Assembly: GCA_964019425.1 (NCBI GenBank)
Contig: OZ025803.1
Span: 1,054,001-1,118,000, forward strand
Direction of reading: 5' to 3'
Source of the DNA: Flectonema sp. DT1601
Taxonomy: Eukaryota
DNA: 64,000 nucleotides
Positions 33,272 to 47,527 of this stretch are shown piece after piece (positions within the stretch are counted from its first letter, which is position 1; every line of letters starts with the position of its first letter). The translations under genes and the position numbers were made by a program. Below the pieces are notes generated by a model. The model saw nothing but the letters and a program-made list of their open reading frames with translations, did no database searches and was not told the origin of the DNA.

Positions 33272-34270
<999 letters not shown>

Positions 34271-35307
34271 GTAAGCTGTCTTGACGATGGTTCTTGCGTG
34301 TGTCGTTTGACTTGACTGAACGATGGATGAACGACACGCGGACGTCTGCCTCTCTCTCTCTCCTCCTCGGCTCTTTTGTTCCTCGCGGTTCGCAGGTGGA
34401 AGACTGAGGGAAACTCAAAAAAAAAAAAAAAATTGGTTATATTATGGTTTTTACCATGTTTCTGTTATTGTTTTAAATTATATATTATATTCGATGATGG
34501 TTCTTGATCGGAGGGATTGGTTTTCTCTGATCATCACCAGCTACACTGCCCGTGCTTATTTTCAAGTATTCTATACATTCGAAGCTTTCCATTTCGTTAC
34601 TCGAACCGGTTGCTTTTGAATTCCGCGTCATCTTTTTCCTTTCCTTTTGTCGTGATACCCACTTCTCCTTGTGCGGGGGAAGTGACCATTTCCAAGAAAA
34701 ACCAACACAAACAAAGCGAAATGCAATTGTTCCTCCCTCCCTCCTTCTTGCTTCGTTTCAAAGCGAAATGCAATTCTTCCTCCCTCCCTCCCTCTTGCTT
34801 CGTTTTTCCCAGAGCAACAATAATCGCTTCTGGGGAGATTGCGATTGCGAGAGCGCGAGCTTTTCAGGCTGCTGTTTCTGTGGGTCGCATAATACGAAAT
34901 TATCGCTTTTGTATTCTCTTTCCAGTTCACAACACTTCATATGTATCCAAGAAAAGTTAGTTCTTAGTAGTGTGTGCGGAGGGGGGGGAGGGGAGGAACA
35001 CGGTTCAATCGGAAGACTTTGCGAAAAGATGATATGGACGAGCGCTCGCCGTAGCATACTTTATCGTTTTCCTTAAACCACAACCTTTTGCGGGTTTTGC
35101 GGGGGGGCGGGGTGTCGATAAAGACGAGGAAAGTGACGGACTCTATTACAAGGAAGGTAATTCTTAATCCGCAAAAGAAGCAATTACGAAAGTAGCCAGT
35201 TTTGTGTTTTTTTTATATGAATTATCGACTTCCCCTCACCTCAGTTTATAAACTTCAATACTGTTTATCACCCTTCAGTTTTTACACACTTCTTACACAA
35301 CACAACG

Positions 35308-35454
35308 ATGCCAGGATTGGGAATCAACGCTCCACGTCCAGGAGGATACGCCTTCACTCTTCCAGCGAACCAGAAAGTAGTGATCAACCCTGGAAACCTA
35401 CAGCTGCCTGGGAATGCTGAGGGATACTCCATCATCTACTCGAACTCTTCGTAG
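35308..35454 (+). CDS. 48-aa microprotein, family copy 1
   Basis: MPGLGINAPRPGGYAFTLPANQKVVINPGNLQLPGNAEGYSIIYSNSS; duplicate at 38207 differs only synonymously. Confidence 0.8.
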   Translation: MPGLGINAPRPGGYAFTLPANQKVVINPGNLQLPGNAEGYSIIYSNSS

Positions 35455-35786
35455 GATGTTAGTTTTCTAAAAAAAATAAAAGAAGAAATACAGAGAAGAA
35501 AGACTTTATTCATTTCTTCAAAAAAAAAAAAAAAAAGGAAAAAAGAAGCAGGAAATAGTTTGACACAACTTCCTATTACACAATTGGTACTGAATCTGCT
35601 TCGTGTTTCTTACAGTTTCCTATTCTCTCTTCTCATCTTCAGTCAAATATAGGAAGAGGTTAGGTTTTGATGGCTACAGTCACTGAACTTATCGAGTAGA
35701 ATGTATTGTGCGAGTCAGATGTTTGTCATCGAAGTTTAATTTTTATCATATTGATCAATAGATTTACACTACACACCACTAAAACA

Positions 35787-35927
35787 ATGCCAGTCGGAGG
35801 ACCAGCCCAGGGAGGAGCAGGATACACCTTCGCACTTCCAGGAAACCAGGCATACAACATCTTGCCAGGAAACTTGTACCTACCAGCTCAGAACTCAGGA
35901 TACACTGTTACGTATCAGAAGTCTTAA
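35787..35927 (+). CDS. 46-aa microprotein, diverged paralog
   Basis: MPVGGPAQGGAGYTFALPGNQAYNILPGNLYLPAQNSGYTVTYQKS; aligns with copy 1. Confidence 0.78.
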   Translation: MPVGGPAQGGAGYTFALPGNQAYNILPGNLYLPAQNSGYTVTYQKS

Positions 35928-36333
35928 TGATGGCCAGAGATTGGGAGGCTGAGGGTGAGATGGAGAGCCAACACGGAAGTGACGGTCAGCCTACACAACT
36001 AACTTTGTAAACAACAAGACTATTTACAAAATAAAATACATTTTTACGGTTTCCGTCATACATCACTCCTGGTGTTCTCCAACCCCTGAAAAAAAAAGTA
36101 TTTAGAAAAAAAAAAAAAAAAAAAGGAAAAGGGAAAAGGCAGGGAAACAGGAACTCCCTGCAACTCGCTTTACACACGGCAATGCCAACTTTGATAAATA
36201 TTTCAAAAGGTAAGTATGGTTATTAAACTATTTTCACAGCCTTATACAATTAGATGGTCTTTGTTGGATTATGAGCTGCTTGTTGTTCTGTTTTGTTGAT
36301 TGTTCTGAACTGAGAGGAGTTGCGTATTTCTAA

Positions 36334-37716
<1,383 letters not shown>

Positions 37717-38206
37717 GAGTGAGTTTCACATCTTTTTTGTTTTCATTTGTTCTATTTCCTTCTATACATATTATTGAGATCAGTTGTTAGTTCAACAGTT
37801 CTTTATTTCTAAATATCTCTCTCTCTCTTTCTGTCACTCTTTGGTTGAGATTACAGAAGACGTTTGGCCATTTCACTCTTGTGGCACCTTTCCCTCTCTG
37901 TACCTGAGATTTAATATCGGGTATATTTCGTGTTTGCCTTTTGTTTTTATTTTTTTGTCCCATTGCTCGCCAGATGGGGTCAAAAAAAAAGAACAAACAA
38001 TAAAAAAAATCCTTTTCTCAACTTCTCCAGAAGTTTTGCTGCTGTTTTGTACTGGTTTCCGGTCTGCACGCAGGTTTTCCGTGTGACGAGTGTTTTGCCT
38101 TGTTGTGTTTTAAAAATTGAGTTGTTTTCGTAATTGCTTCTTTTGTGGATTAAGAATTACCTTCCCCCTCACTTCAGTTTTTACACACTTCTTACACAAC
38201 ACAACG

Positions 38207-38353
38207 ATGCCAGGATTAGGAATCAACGCTCCACGTCCAGGAGGATACGCCTTCACTCTTCCAGCGAACCAGAAAGTAGTGATCAACCCTGGAAACCTAC
38301 AGCTGCCTGGGAATGCTGAGGGATACTCCATCATCTACTCGAACTCTTCTTAA
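38207..38353 (+). CDS. 48-aa microprotein, family copy 3
   Basis: Same protein as 35308-35454. Confidence 0.8.
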   Translation: MPGLGINAPRPGGYAFTLPANQKVVINPGNLQLPGNAEGYSIIYSNSS

Positions 38354-38581
38354 AGACGTCTCTCTGAAGGTTGTTGTTAGTTTGCTGGAGCGAACTACAG
38401 CATCACGGAGCTCATCCGATTTAAGTTTTAAGTAGGGAAACAAAAAAAAGAGAAGAGAAAATTAAGAAAACGGAAAAAGAATTTGAAAATACACATAATA
38501 TGCACACATTTGACTGGTATTGTAGTGAGTGGTTTTTATTTAATTTTATTTTTCTAAAGGTTCAGGCAGCTTTAAAGCAGC

Positions 38582-40378
38582 ATGGAAGTGGCACCCGCCG
38601 CATCGATTAACATCCAACAGTGTGATGGAAACACTGCGAGCAGGATTTCCAGAACCCACGAACTCCTAGCCAGTCTGGATGCAGCAAAAAGGCAGAAGAT
38701 TCAAAATGATAAAATGAGAAACATGGTATTGGATACCGAGGAGCTTTGCAAAAAAGTTCATGAACAGCGTTGGAGTGTAAAACAAAGAGGGGAACTGGAG
38801 AAACTTCACCAAAAAACAAACGATTTGATAAAAGACTATGGAAGGGCTCTTTCATTTTCACACATTCGGAAATTCAATGTATCACGATACATGAGTGCCT
38901 GTGCACAGGAAATGCAAGTAAGAGAACTAATTGATCCCGACAGTAAACCAAACACTAAATTCTTCGACAATCTCATTGAGAAGGTAAACGGAATAGACGC
39001 ATCACTGTCAGCTGGTTTCTTCTCTCAAGTAGTTGCTCATGGAAAGACGATTCTTAATAAAATTCATACCCTGCTATTGGACTCAAATTTAAAAGGAAGT
39101 GAATGGGAAGGATTAACAGATCCAGTTCTAACTCTTTTAGCTGACGTACTTCATCAAGCTGAAGTTAAAGAACACTTAGCAGATATTGAAGAACAGTGCA
39201 GACGAGTTCGATTTGAAGTTGAGGAGGTTGAAGAGCAGCAACAGCTTGCTGTTGAAAGTGGTGAAATGTCTCAAACTGAGAGTCTCTACTACAGAAAGAT
39301 CACTATGCAGGAAGCGTTGGCGGACTTGATAACAAAGAAGTTTGAAATTATTGATTCAGTCACTGAGGATTCCTTCAAGAATCCACTCAAAAGAGTTCAC
39401 GAAGCTCACAGTGATGCGAACTCAACTATTCACAATTTACTGAGAGAGAGGGAAGTGTTGAAAAAGCGGTGTGAGCTTGACCTCGCATCCCTCACTAAAG
39501 AGATTGAGAATGTGAATCTTGAAGACTACAATGCTACTCGCACTAATGTGAATTTGATGGAAAAGCTAAGTTGTTGTTTCAAAGAGAATCTTCTACAACA
39601 AGATGTTTGCTGGAAAAAAATTGAAGCTCTTGAAAAGGAATTAGTTCGACTTGGTGAACGCAGACTTACTTATGTACAATCACTAATCCACAGCTTAGAG
39701 CAGGAAGAGAAGAGAAAAGTTGAATACCAACACTTTGCTGAGTTCGCAATGCAACACAAACATCTTTTGGAACTAACAATCTACAACTGTGAGTTGGCTG
39801 AAGAAGTAACCGACAGTCTCGATGAGTTTGTTTCTGCTCACTGTAATGCAATCGAACAAAATATGAGAACCACAGAACGTGAGATAGAAAATCTGAAATT
39901 AGAAATTCATGGCGACTACTTGGAACATTTCAGAAACATGTACCTCACCATAGGAGATCTGCAATACAAAAAGGAAGCAAATATCAACACCCTGACTGAA
40001 AAGATTCAGGTCGCTCACATGCAACAAGAAATGCATATGGAAAGCCTAAACCCAAAAGCAAAGGAATTTTCACAAGTGAAGAAAGATTTGGTTAAAGTTC
40101 GTGAAGACTTAGTTTCTCAGGTTGGGATCCTTAAAAATAAATCGACCCTTTACATCGAGGCATTTAAACCAACAGAGCAGGCACTGGTTGAGTCTGGTCG
40201 TACATTTGAGCATCCCGTTGAAACTCTGAAAAAGATGAATGAATCCAGAAAACTAAAACTTATAGCATATCACCAACTCGTTAGTGGTGATGGAGAAGGC
40301 GAGCTGGAATCCGAACGTAAGATGATCGAAGAAATGAAATTAACCAGCAGCACGAGAGGTGATGCGGAACCCAATTAA
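38582..40378 (+). CDS. Paraflagellar rod family protein (PFR/PAR-like)
   Basis: ~600-aa coiled-coil; YLEHFRNMYLTIGDLQYKKE and FKPTEQALVESGRTFEHPVE resemble PFR motifs. Confidence 0.85.
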   Translation: MEVAPAASINIQQCDGNTASRISRTHELLASLDAAKRQKIQNDKMRNMVLDTEELCKKVHEQRWSVKQRGELEKLHQKTNDLIKDYGRALSFSHIRKFNVSRYMSACAQEMQVRELIDPDSKPNTKFFDNLIEKVNGIDASLSAGFFSQVVAHGKTILNKIHTLLLDSNLKGSEWEGLTDPVLTLLADVLHQAEVKEHLADIEEQCRRVRFEVEEVEEQQQLAVESGEMSQTESLYYRKITMQEALADLITKKFEIIDSVTEDSFKNPLKRVHEAHSDANSTIHNLLREREVLKKRCELDLASLTKEIENVNLEDYNATRTNVNLMEKLSCCFKENLLQQDVCWKKIEALEKELVRLGERRLTYVQSLIHSLEQEEKRKVEYQHFAEFAMQHKHLLELTIYNCELAEEVTDSLDEFVSAHCNAIEQNMRTTEREIENLKLEIHGDYLEHFRNMYLTIGDLQYKKEANINTLTEKIQVAHMQQEMHMESLNPKAKEFSQVKKDLVKVREDLVSQVGILKNKSTLYIEAFKPTEQALVESGRTFEHPVETLKKMNESRKLKLIAYHQLVSGDGEGELESERKMIEEMKLTSSTRGDAEPN

Positions 40379-41210
40379 ACTTGTCAAACGTAAGTCTCGA
40401 CTCGAACTGGTAAATCCATTCACCGAGACATGATATCGACATCATGGAGTGACATTATCGTGGGTAGGATTGTTTGTTATCATAAGGACCGTAGCAGGTT
40501 TGCTTCCCCAGTTAATCGTTAATTTTGTATTTGTTCTCTGAATCTCCCTTAAAACTAATATTTGAAAGAAAGTAAGTACATAAGATCACAAGACTGTTCG
40601 CATGTTAAGGACATGTAGTCCATGTCCAGTTTCTTACCAAAAGAGAAACAATTTATCTTTCAGTTACACAGCATAGTAGATTTCTATTTTTCTTTCTTAC
40701 TTTGGATAATTCCACAAGTGCCTTGTTGCCTTTTCCCTATCAATTTACCCATTCATTGTTTTTGCTGGTTTTTTGTCACTTGGAACTTACAAGGTGAGAA
40801 GAAAACCACTTATCTCAACCAACAAGCACACATTGTGCGCATTGTTTTTATTTTGCTTTTAAGTTAAAGTTTATCCCTGTACACCCACATCTCGAAAAGA
40901 GAGCAATCTAAGTTTCTCCTTAGCAATTCCGAAGAAAGGAATTGCAGTGCAAGCTATGTTGTTATTTACATTGGCCAATTTACACCACTCTGTTGTTGAA
41001 CAAAGCTGCTACTACTCATCCCCATTAACTTCCATAGTCAGTTTAGTTTTAGCTGATCGTTGCGGTGCTAAGGTTCATTACTGTTTTCTCATCATTCAGG
41101 TTAAGAAGTACAATTTTCGATCCAAAACCACTAGTCCTTATCTATACTTATGAATAATGCATGCTTATTTTTATTTACTACCCTTTCCTCCTAACAGGGT
41201 GTGCAGCGCC

Positions 41211-41927
41211 ATGGCGTTAAAACTTCACCAGGCGTGGAACTATTGGTTTTTTAAGGGATTGCCAACTGAGGAGGACAAGAAGAATGCCAACAGTCCTGAT
41301 GAGGCCTACAAGAACAACATGATCAAGATGGAGCATGATATTACTACAGTCCAGGACTTTTGGGTCTGTAACTTGGAATTGCCAAAACCTAGTGAGCTTC
41401 ATGAAAACAAGCAGGTATGATTCTCTTTCTTATTAGCAAATCAATGCAGTCTCAAGGCACAATAAAAAACAATAGGGATTCCTACTCTGTCGCACTGGAG
41501 TTCGCCCTTTCTGGGAGGATGAAGAGATGAAGGAAGGAGGAATCTGGACTTGGATGGTTGAAGACAGCAGTGTGTGGTATGTCAAACTTGTTAAATCAAC
41601 TATTAGACAGGGCCATGTCCAGCAAAACAGCAACAACAACAACACAACAGCGACAACTTTTGGAGATACATTTTGATGGCGGCTATTGGTCAGCGCTTCA
41701 CTTCAAAGGACATCGAAAACGATGAAGTTGTAGCTGTACAAAATGAATACAACGTCGCAAAGGCAAACGGAAGCGGTGGAACCAGGATCAACATTTGGCA
41801 CAAGCGGGCTTCGAAGAAAGACAAACTTAAGGACCGTGTTAAGGAAATTCTTGAAAAAGAGGTCAAGGGTGTCTGGGACGATGCCACCAAGACCTTTCAC
41901 AGAAAAACTGCTGACATGCGGAAGTAA
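41211..41927 (+). CDS. eIF4E-family cap-binding protein (introns 41415-41475 and 41577-41650)
   Basis: Spliced product contains LHQAWNYWF, TTVQDFW, VRPFWED, GGIW, W...LMAAIG and RINIW. Confidence 0.88.
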
Positions 41928-42390
41928 TACTGCACACTCATCCACCCTCCAAGTTCGAGACCGATCGATTATCCCTACTGACCACCCTCAGGCAATCGGG
42001 TGGAAGTTTCTCAGGGAGCATGCAAGTAGAGTGCGTGCTTTAGAATGAACAGACTGATGTATGAATAATGCCTATACCCATGTTGTGCAGCGAAGAAATT
42101 AGAATAGAGAGAGAGGATTTTTTTTCCCCCTTTGATGTTTATGATTAGTTTTGTTAAAATGGGGGTCACCCTCAACAACCTTGACGAGCGTAAGAGAGTC
42201 CTCAAATAAGAAATGAGTTGAACGAAATAAAGAAAAGTGTCACTACCAACTTGACGACCCTTACCCGTGATAAAGAAAGAACCAAGTGAGAGTTGGAAGG
42301 AAAAAAAAAGTGGAAGTGTTATTTCTTTGCTAGAACAGCTGTTAACAAATCTATTCACAGGAAAAAATGAAAAGTAGCTGATGAAAAAAT

Positions 42391-42463
42391 CTCCCCCTGT
42401 TGGGTTCGAACCAACGACCTGCAGGTTAACAGCCTGACGCGCTACCGACTGCGCCAAGGGGGA
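42391..42463 (-). tRNA. tRNA-Asn(GTT)
   Basis: TCCCCCTTGGCGCAGTCGGTAGCGCGTCAGGCTGTTAACCTGCAGGTCGTTGGTTCGAACCCAACAGGGGGAG cloverleaf followed by a T-run terminator. Confidence 0.95.
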
Positions 42464-42833
42464 TCTTGTGCAAAACTCTTTTTTTACTTCTTTGCAGATA
42501 GTAATTGATAGAGTATGCGAATGTAAAAACCATTTTTCTGTGGTTGTCTTGTCTGTTGATATCCTGTATTAGTTTTAGATTTTACGAATAAAAACACAGC
42601 GAACGACGCCGTCCCCAAGATTCGTCGCGAAACGGCCTCGATTACACCACCCCTGGGGAGTGTTGGCCTTAGCGAAAAGGAAGAAAAAAATTCTTTAATT
42701 TACGTATTCACTTTTGCTTTCCAACTGATCCTCAACTTTATTTATCAGTTTATTTTTCAGATCGACACATCAAGGATCGAGTGCGCTGGGCAGGGGCGAG
42801 GCAGGGGGGGTCCAAGTCACAACATGATATATA

Positions 42834-45800
42834 ATGTCCCTGACAACCCTCCAGGATGAGCTCAACAAGGCGGCATCTGGATCGCAGTACCTCCTGCAGA
42901 AGGTTATCGGGCAAGGAAGTTATGGGCTAGTGTTACAAGCAGTTGATGAGAGTACGGGGGAAATGGTGGCCATGAAGAGGATTCACGAAGATATCTTAAC
43001 GGAAGACGACCTATCACTTCGAGTTCTTCGAGAAATAAAACTACTAAAACATTTCAAAGTAAAGTCTATCCTGAGTCTAAAATCATTAGTATTGACTTAT
43101 CCAAAATCAAATCCACATCGCTTCAAGTCGATATTCATGGTAACCGAATTAATGGAAACTGACTTAAAAGCGCTACTGAATTCTGGCCAGGCATTACCAG
43201 CTCCACATGTCTGCTTTATGATGTTTCAAATAATGAAAGGTTTACAGTTTATGCATCAGGCAGGTGTTATTCATAGGGACATTACACCTTCAAATATTCT
43301 TATTAATACTAAAAATTGTGACCTCAGAATAGGTGATCTCGGCCTCTCTAGAGAAATACCCGAATACAACGCTGGAAAAATTACCGACTACGTCACCGTG
43401 AGATGGTACAGAGCACCTGAGGTACTTGTAAACGCTCCATTTTATGGTTGTGCAATTGACATGTGGGCAGCTGGTTGTGTCTTCGCAGAGTTGCTGAAGA
43501 CCAAACCATTATTCCCTGGTAATACCACTTATGATCAAATTGAAAAGATTTGTGAACTCATAACTCCCGATGTTGAAACTTTAAATAATTTAGGTGTCAA
43601 GAGTCAACGTATCAAAGACATCGCTACTTCTCGTAAGAATTCAAAGGAAGGTTTATCAAAGTTAGTGGCGAGGATTCAAGCACCAGCATCAGAGAATGCG
43701 TTGGACTTGTTAAGTAATTTACTACAGTTTAGTCCGAGCAGTAGATTGTCTGCTGAGGATGCGTTGTTACATCCATTTATAGCAGAAAGGCATTCTGAGT
43801 CTCTGCCGCCAAGGATTGGAAAATTTCGTCTCGGTGTTTCTACAAACGTTACATCAGACGAAGCTCGTTTTGAAATTACAAAAATACATCAGGCGCTGCA
43901 CTCTGGGATTTCTTACTACTGCAAGCAGTCTGTTTACGCTGCTGCTTTAGTGGTTCTCAGCACATCTATGTTTACCAGAATGGTTGTTTCAGAAATAGCT
44001 TTGAAACTTCACTTTACTTTCACTGGTAAGAATGCAGATGCCAAGGGTAGATCAAGAGTTACTGTACAGAGGTTTGTTGATGGTATTGTCCCTCGTACTA
44101 TATTAGGAGATGTGTTACCAAATCCTCATTATCATATTACAGTTAGAAGTGATGCTCAATGGGCTGAAGTCAGTCACGCGGTATCACAATTCGCTATTTC
44201 AGAACTTCAGAACTCTGATAATGTTTCCAAAACTGGAACTCGTTTCATTCCTCATCTCCAGATTGGTCCCCACGGTAACAATGCAGGGACTCCTGGAGCA
44301 ACTCCTCCCACGTCTGGCCAACGTCGATTTCAACACTCACACAGTAGATCGGTAGAGTGCATAAGCAGTGTTTTATCAGCTCGTTCTCCTGAGATTGATT
44401 CCGGTAGGACGACAATTTTTCAGAGATCTGGTGGTATCAGTACAAACGATAGTTTTAATTGTTCTGCTCCAGCGACCCCTCCAAGGCAGGGACACACACG
44501 GATGGGATCAGCACTACCTCCGATGACTAACTTTCACACACCCAGATCTCAAGGATCAGTTCACTTAATCGCGTCATCAGTTTCTGGTGGGATGTCAACT
44601 AGAGAAAAACCAACTCCTTTAGGAATTCATTTAGTAAATGATGATGATGTTGGTTATTCAGATGATGAAGAGAATCTTGATGAACCACCACTCCCACCTA
44701 AGAAATCAGCCATCGTTCCAATGTTTCCCAGAGATCCAGGAACTAATACAAACATACCAGCTGTTAGAACCCCTCGTAAGAATCAACGTGCCAGTGAACA
44801 AAATGTTGAAAGTGCAAAAGCAATTCAATTTAGAAGAAGACATTCAGACAGTCTGGTTGATGTTCGAGGAGGTGATCAGGATGCTCCAAAACAGTCATCA
44901 CTGACACCACGACCATTAAAACAACAACAGCAGCAGCAGCAACAACAACAACAACAACAACAACGTAAAGTAAAGTACAGTGATGATGTTCCAGTAAAAC
45001 CACAGCAATCATTAAGCATCCACTCGGCTAGAATCGCAAGCGCCAACACCATGAGAAGAGAACGAGCAAGTACAGCCGGCTGTGTTTCACACATGGCTGA
45101 CGTTGCAATGCTTCGCAATCGAAGAGATACCGATCCGCTGAATAACAGTCCACGACCTCCTCATACATCACTTTTAGAAGAAGCACCTCAACCAGTTGAA
45201 TTCCTTTGTGGTCTTACTGGAGGAAAGGTAACCATGGGATTGGCAGCTAATGGTCAGGGAATGATTTATATTTTTAGGAATCGCCAACCAAAGTTAGTTA
45301 AGAAAGCAACTTATCAACAACTCAGTAATAGGATTATATTTCCTGAACTTAAAAGGGGAGTCACACTACCAGAAGAGAATGTTGAGCTATTTGGATACCT
45401 TCACAGGATGGCATTGGTTGCGGGTGTTCAAGTGACTGGCTTCTCTGCTTGGAGTCCAAGAACAGCACCTCCTAAATACGGTCAGCCAATCATATCAGCT
45501 GTTTGTAAATCAATTCCATCTCAGACATATCAAGAAGTTGGAGCCAGTCTTTCAGGTGATCCCCTCAACTCATCACAAAGTCATTGCGTTGTACTCCTCA
45601 AGTGTTATATTGTTTGGTCTATGTTGCCCTCGGTTAGAGCTGAAACAACTCCAAGAAATCAAAGACCTATTTTATATACTGCGTCACCAACTGGTTCTAA
45701 TACTAGAAGGGTTCAACCACAGCAACAACAACAACCACAACAACAACAACAACAGAGAAGGACTTCAGAATTGGTTGTCGTACCCGATGAGAATAAACAA

Positions 45801-45986
45801 ACAAAGGCACCACCACCACTCTCAACTAACATTAAAGCAACGAGGGTTGGAAAGAGAACTGCACAACCAGTAGTACACGGACCCTACGATGATGATTCTA
45901 TTGAAGAACTGGAGGAATGTGAAGAAGTTGAAGAAGAAGAAGAGGAAGAGGACACAATCAAATGTAAGTGTTGTGTTGTATCTTAA
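42834..45986 (+). CDS. MAP kinase (TDY) with long C-terminal extension ending in CaaX
   Basis: GQGSYG, HRD, DLG and TDYVTVRWYRAPE motifs; C-terminus CKCCVVS. Confidence 0.92.
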   Translation: MSLTTLQDELNKAASGSQYLLQKVIGQGSYGLVLQAVDESTGEMVAMKRIHEDILTEDDLSLRVLREIKLLKHFKVKSILSLKSLVLTYPKSNPHRFKSIFMVTELMETDLKALLNSGQALPAPHVCFMMFQIMKGLQFMHQAGVIHRDITPSNILINTKNCDLRIGDLGLSREIPEYNAGKITDYVTVRWYRAPEVLVNAPFYGCAIDMWAAGCVFAELLKTKPLFPGNTTYDQIEKICELITPDVETLNNLGVKSQRIKDIATSRKNSKEGLSKLVARIQAPASENALDLLSNLLQFSPSSRLSAEDALLHPFIAERHSESLPPRIGKFRLGVSTNVTSDEARFEITKIHQALHSGISYYCKQSVYAAALVVLSTSMFTRMVVSEIALKLHFTFTGKNADAKGRSRVTVQRFVDGIVPRTILGDVLPNPHYHITVRSDAQWAEVSHAVSQFAISELQNSDNVSKTGTRFIPHLQIGPHGNNAGTPGATPPTSGQRRFQHSHSRSVECISSVLSARSPEIDSGRTTIFQRSGGISTNDSFNCSAPATPPRQGHTRMGSALPPMTNFHTPRSQGSVHLIASSVSGGMSTREKPTPLGIHLVNDDDVGYSDDEENLDEPPLPPKKSAIVPMFPRDPGTNTNIPAVRTPRKNQRASEQNVESAKAIQFRRRHSDSLVDVRGGDQDAPKQSSLTPRPLKQQQQQQQQQQQQQQRKVKYSDDVPVKPQQSLSIHSARIASANTMRRERASTAGCVSHMADVAMLRNRRDTDPLNNSPRPPHTSLLEEAPQPVEFLCGLTGGKVTMGLAANGQGMIYIFRNRQPKLVKKATYQQLSNRIIFPELKRGVTLPEENVELFGYLHRMALVAGVQVTGFSAWSPRTAPPKYGQPIISAVCKSIPSQTYQEVGASLSGDPLNSSQSHCVVLLKCYIVWSMLPSVRAETTPRNQRPILYTASPTGSNTRRVQPQQQQQPQQQQQQRRTSELVVVPDENKQTKAPPPLSTNIKATRVGKRTAQPVVHGPYDDDSIEELEECEEVEEEEEEEDTIKCKCCVVS

Positions 45987-47527
45987 TTGAGTTCTTCATC
46001 ATTATTGATCAATTCAAAAGGTGTTTCTCGTACTAAATAAAAAGCCCACGTGAGAGTAAGAAAAAAGACAAGAAAAAAAAAAAAAAAAAAAAAAAGAATA
46101 GCAATAAACACGAAATAAGCCCATATATGTAACCTGCAGGAAAGTACAGCGAGGAAGGATGTTGCCGGATTTTTTGGTTTAGGAAAAGCCAACCCAACAG
46201 AGTTTCGCAGGATTAGAGAAACCTGTTTTCTGTTGGAATGTAATTATTAGCCGGGGGTCGGAAAAATGTATTGAAAAAAAAAAAAAAAAAAAAGAATGAA
46301 AGGAAAAATGGACAACAACAACAAAAAAAAGGTCTCTAACATAATCCTGTTCCCTAAAAAAAAAACAACCTACGATCACCAGTAATACTCTGACTATTAC
46401 TGATGTGTCGAAACTTTCGTTAAGTTATGTAGTGCAACACTATTTTACTAAATGTTGTCACCATTTAATTAAAGCAAACTCTCAAAAACCTGAGACCCGA
46501 AATTTAAAAAAAAAAAAAAAAAAAAAAACTAAAATGAGAACGAACATAAGAAACAACCAAAAAAAAAAAAAAAAAAAGGCGTGTTGGTATTGTACAGTTT
46601 TTAATAAAAAAAAAAAAGAAAAGGGAAGGGAGACACTGTGTGTGAGTCTTCCCTCCTCAACATTCATTCAGATACTCTATCTGGCTAAGACTACTGTCGT
46701 CTTAGAATTAACTTGTTGAGTCATTTTCTGTTTTAATATAATCACCCATCGCTCTCCTTTTGTCTGACTTCCCCCCCCCTCACCTTTTTTTTTTTAATGT
46801 CTAACATAGAACTAAACTCTTGAATATCGAAATTTTCTTTTTTTATATGTTACTACAGTTGTGATGGAAAGCGGAAAAATGTCTAAAAAGTAAAATAGGA
46901 AGACAGATTGTAGAACGGATGGCAGTCTATATTAGCTGTCAGATGACAGTCTGTATTGGCAGAAGCTAATAAAGCTGTTCTTGTGTTGAGGATCTCCTTG
47001 TGAAGAAAAAAATAATAACAACGACAATAAAAAAAACGGGAGAAATAGACAATGAAATTCTTCAAAGTAAGAAATAAGAAAACATTTTATTTTTTCGTTC
47101 TCTTTTTTTTTTTTTTTTTTTTTTTTTAATTCTTGATTCGTAATTTTTGCATTTTTTTTTTTCCCTTAGAAACGGTGGGAAGGAAGGAAAGAAGTACGGC
47201 GAAGAAAAAAAAAAAACATAACCTCGAGAGCTGGAGCAGACGTTCTCTTGCCATCACTACCACTGTTTCCCCTCCTCCTAATCGCGATAATCAGTTATTG
47301 AATATGAGTAGTTGTGGTACTTTTAAATTATTACTTTTCAAGTCTTCATCTCTCTCTTCAGGTAAACACATTTATTTGTCATCCACATACATATTCCACA
47401 CGGTCTGCATGTGTTTAAGCTGCTTGAGTAGTGTTCACAGCGACGATTGAAAATTATTTTTTCTTCTTATTAGGGCGGAGGGAGAAACAACAAAAACAAG
47501 GAAAAAAAAAAAAAAAGAAGCCAACAA

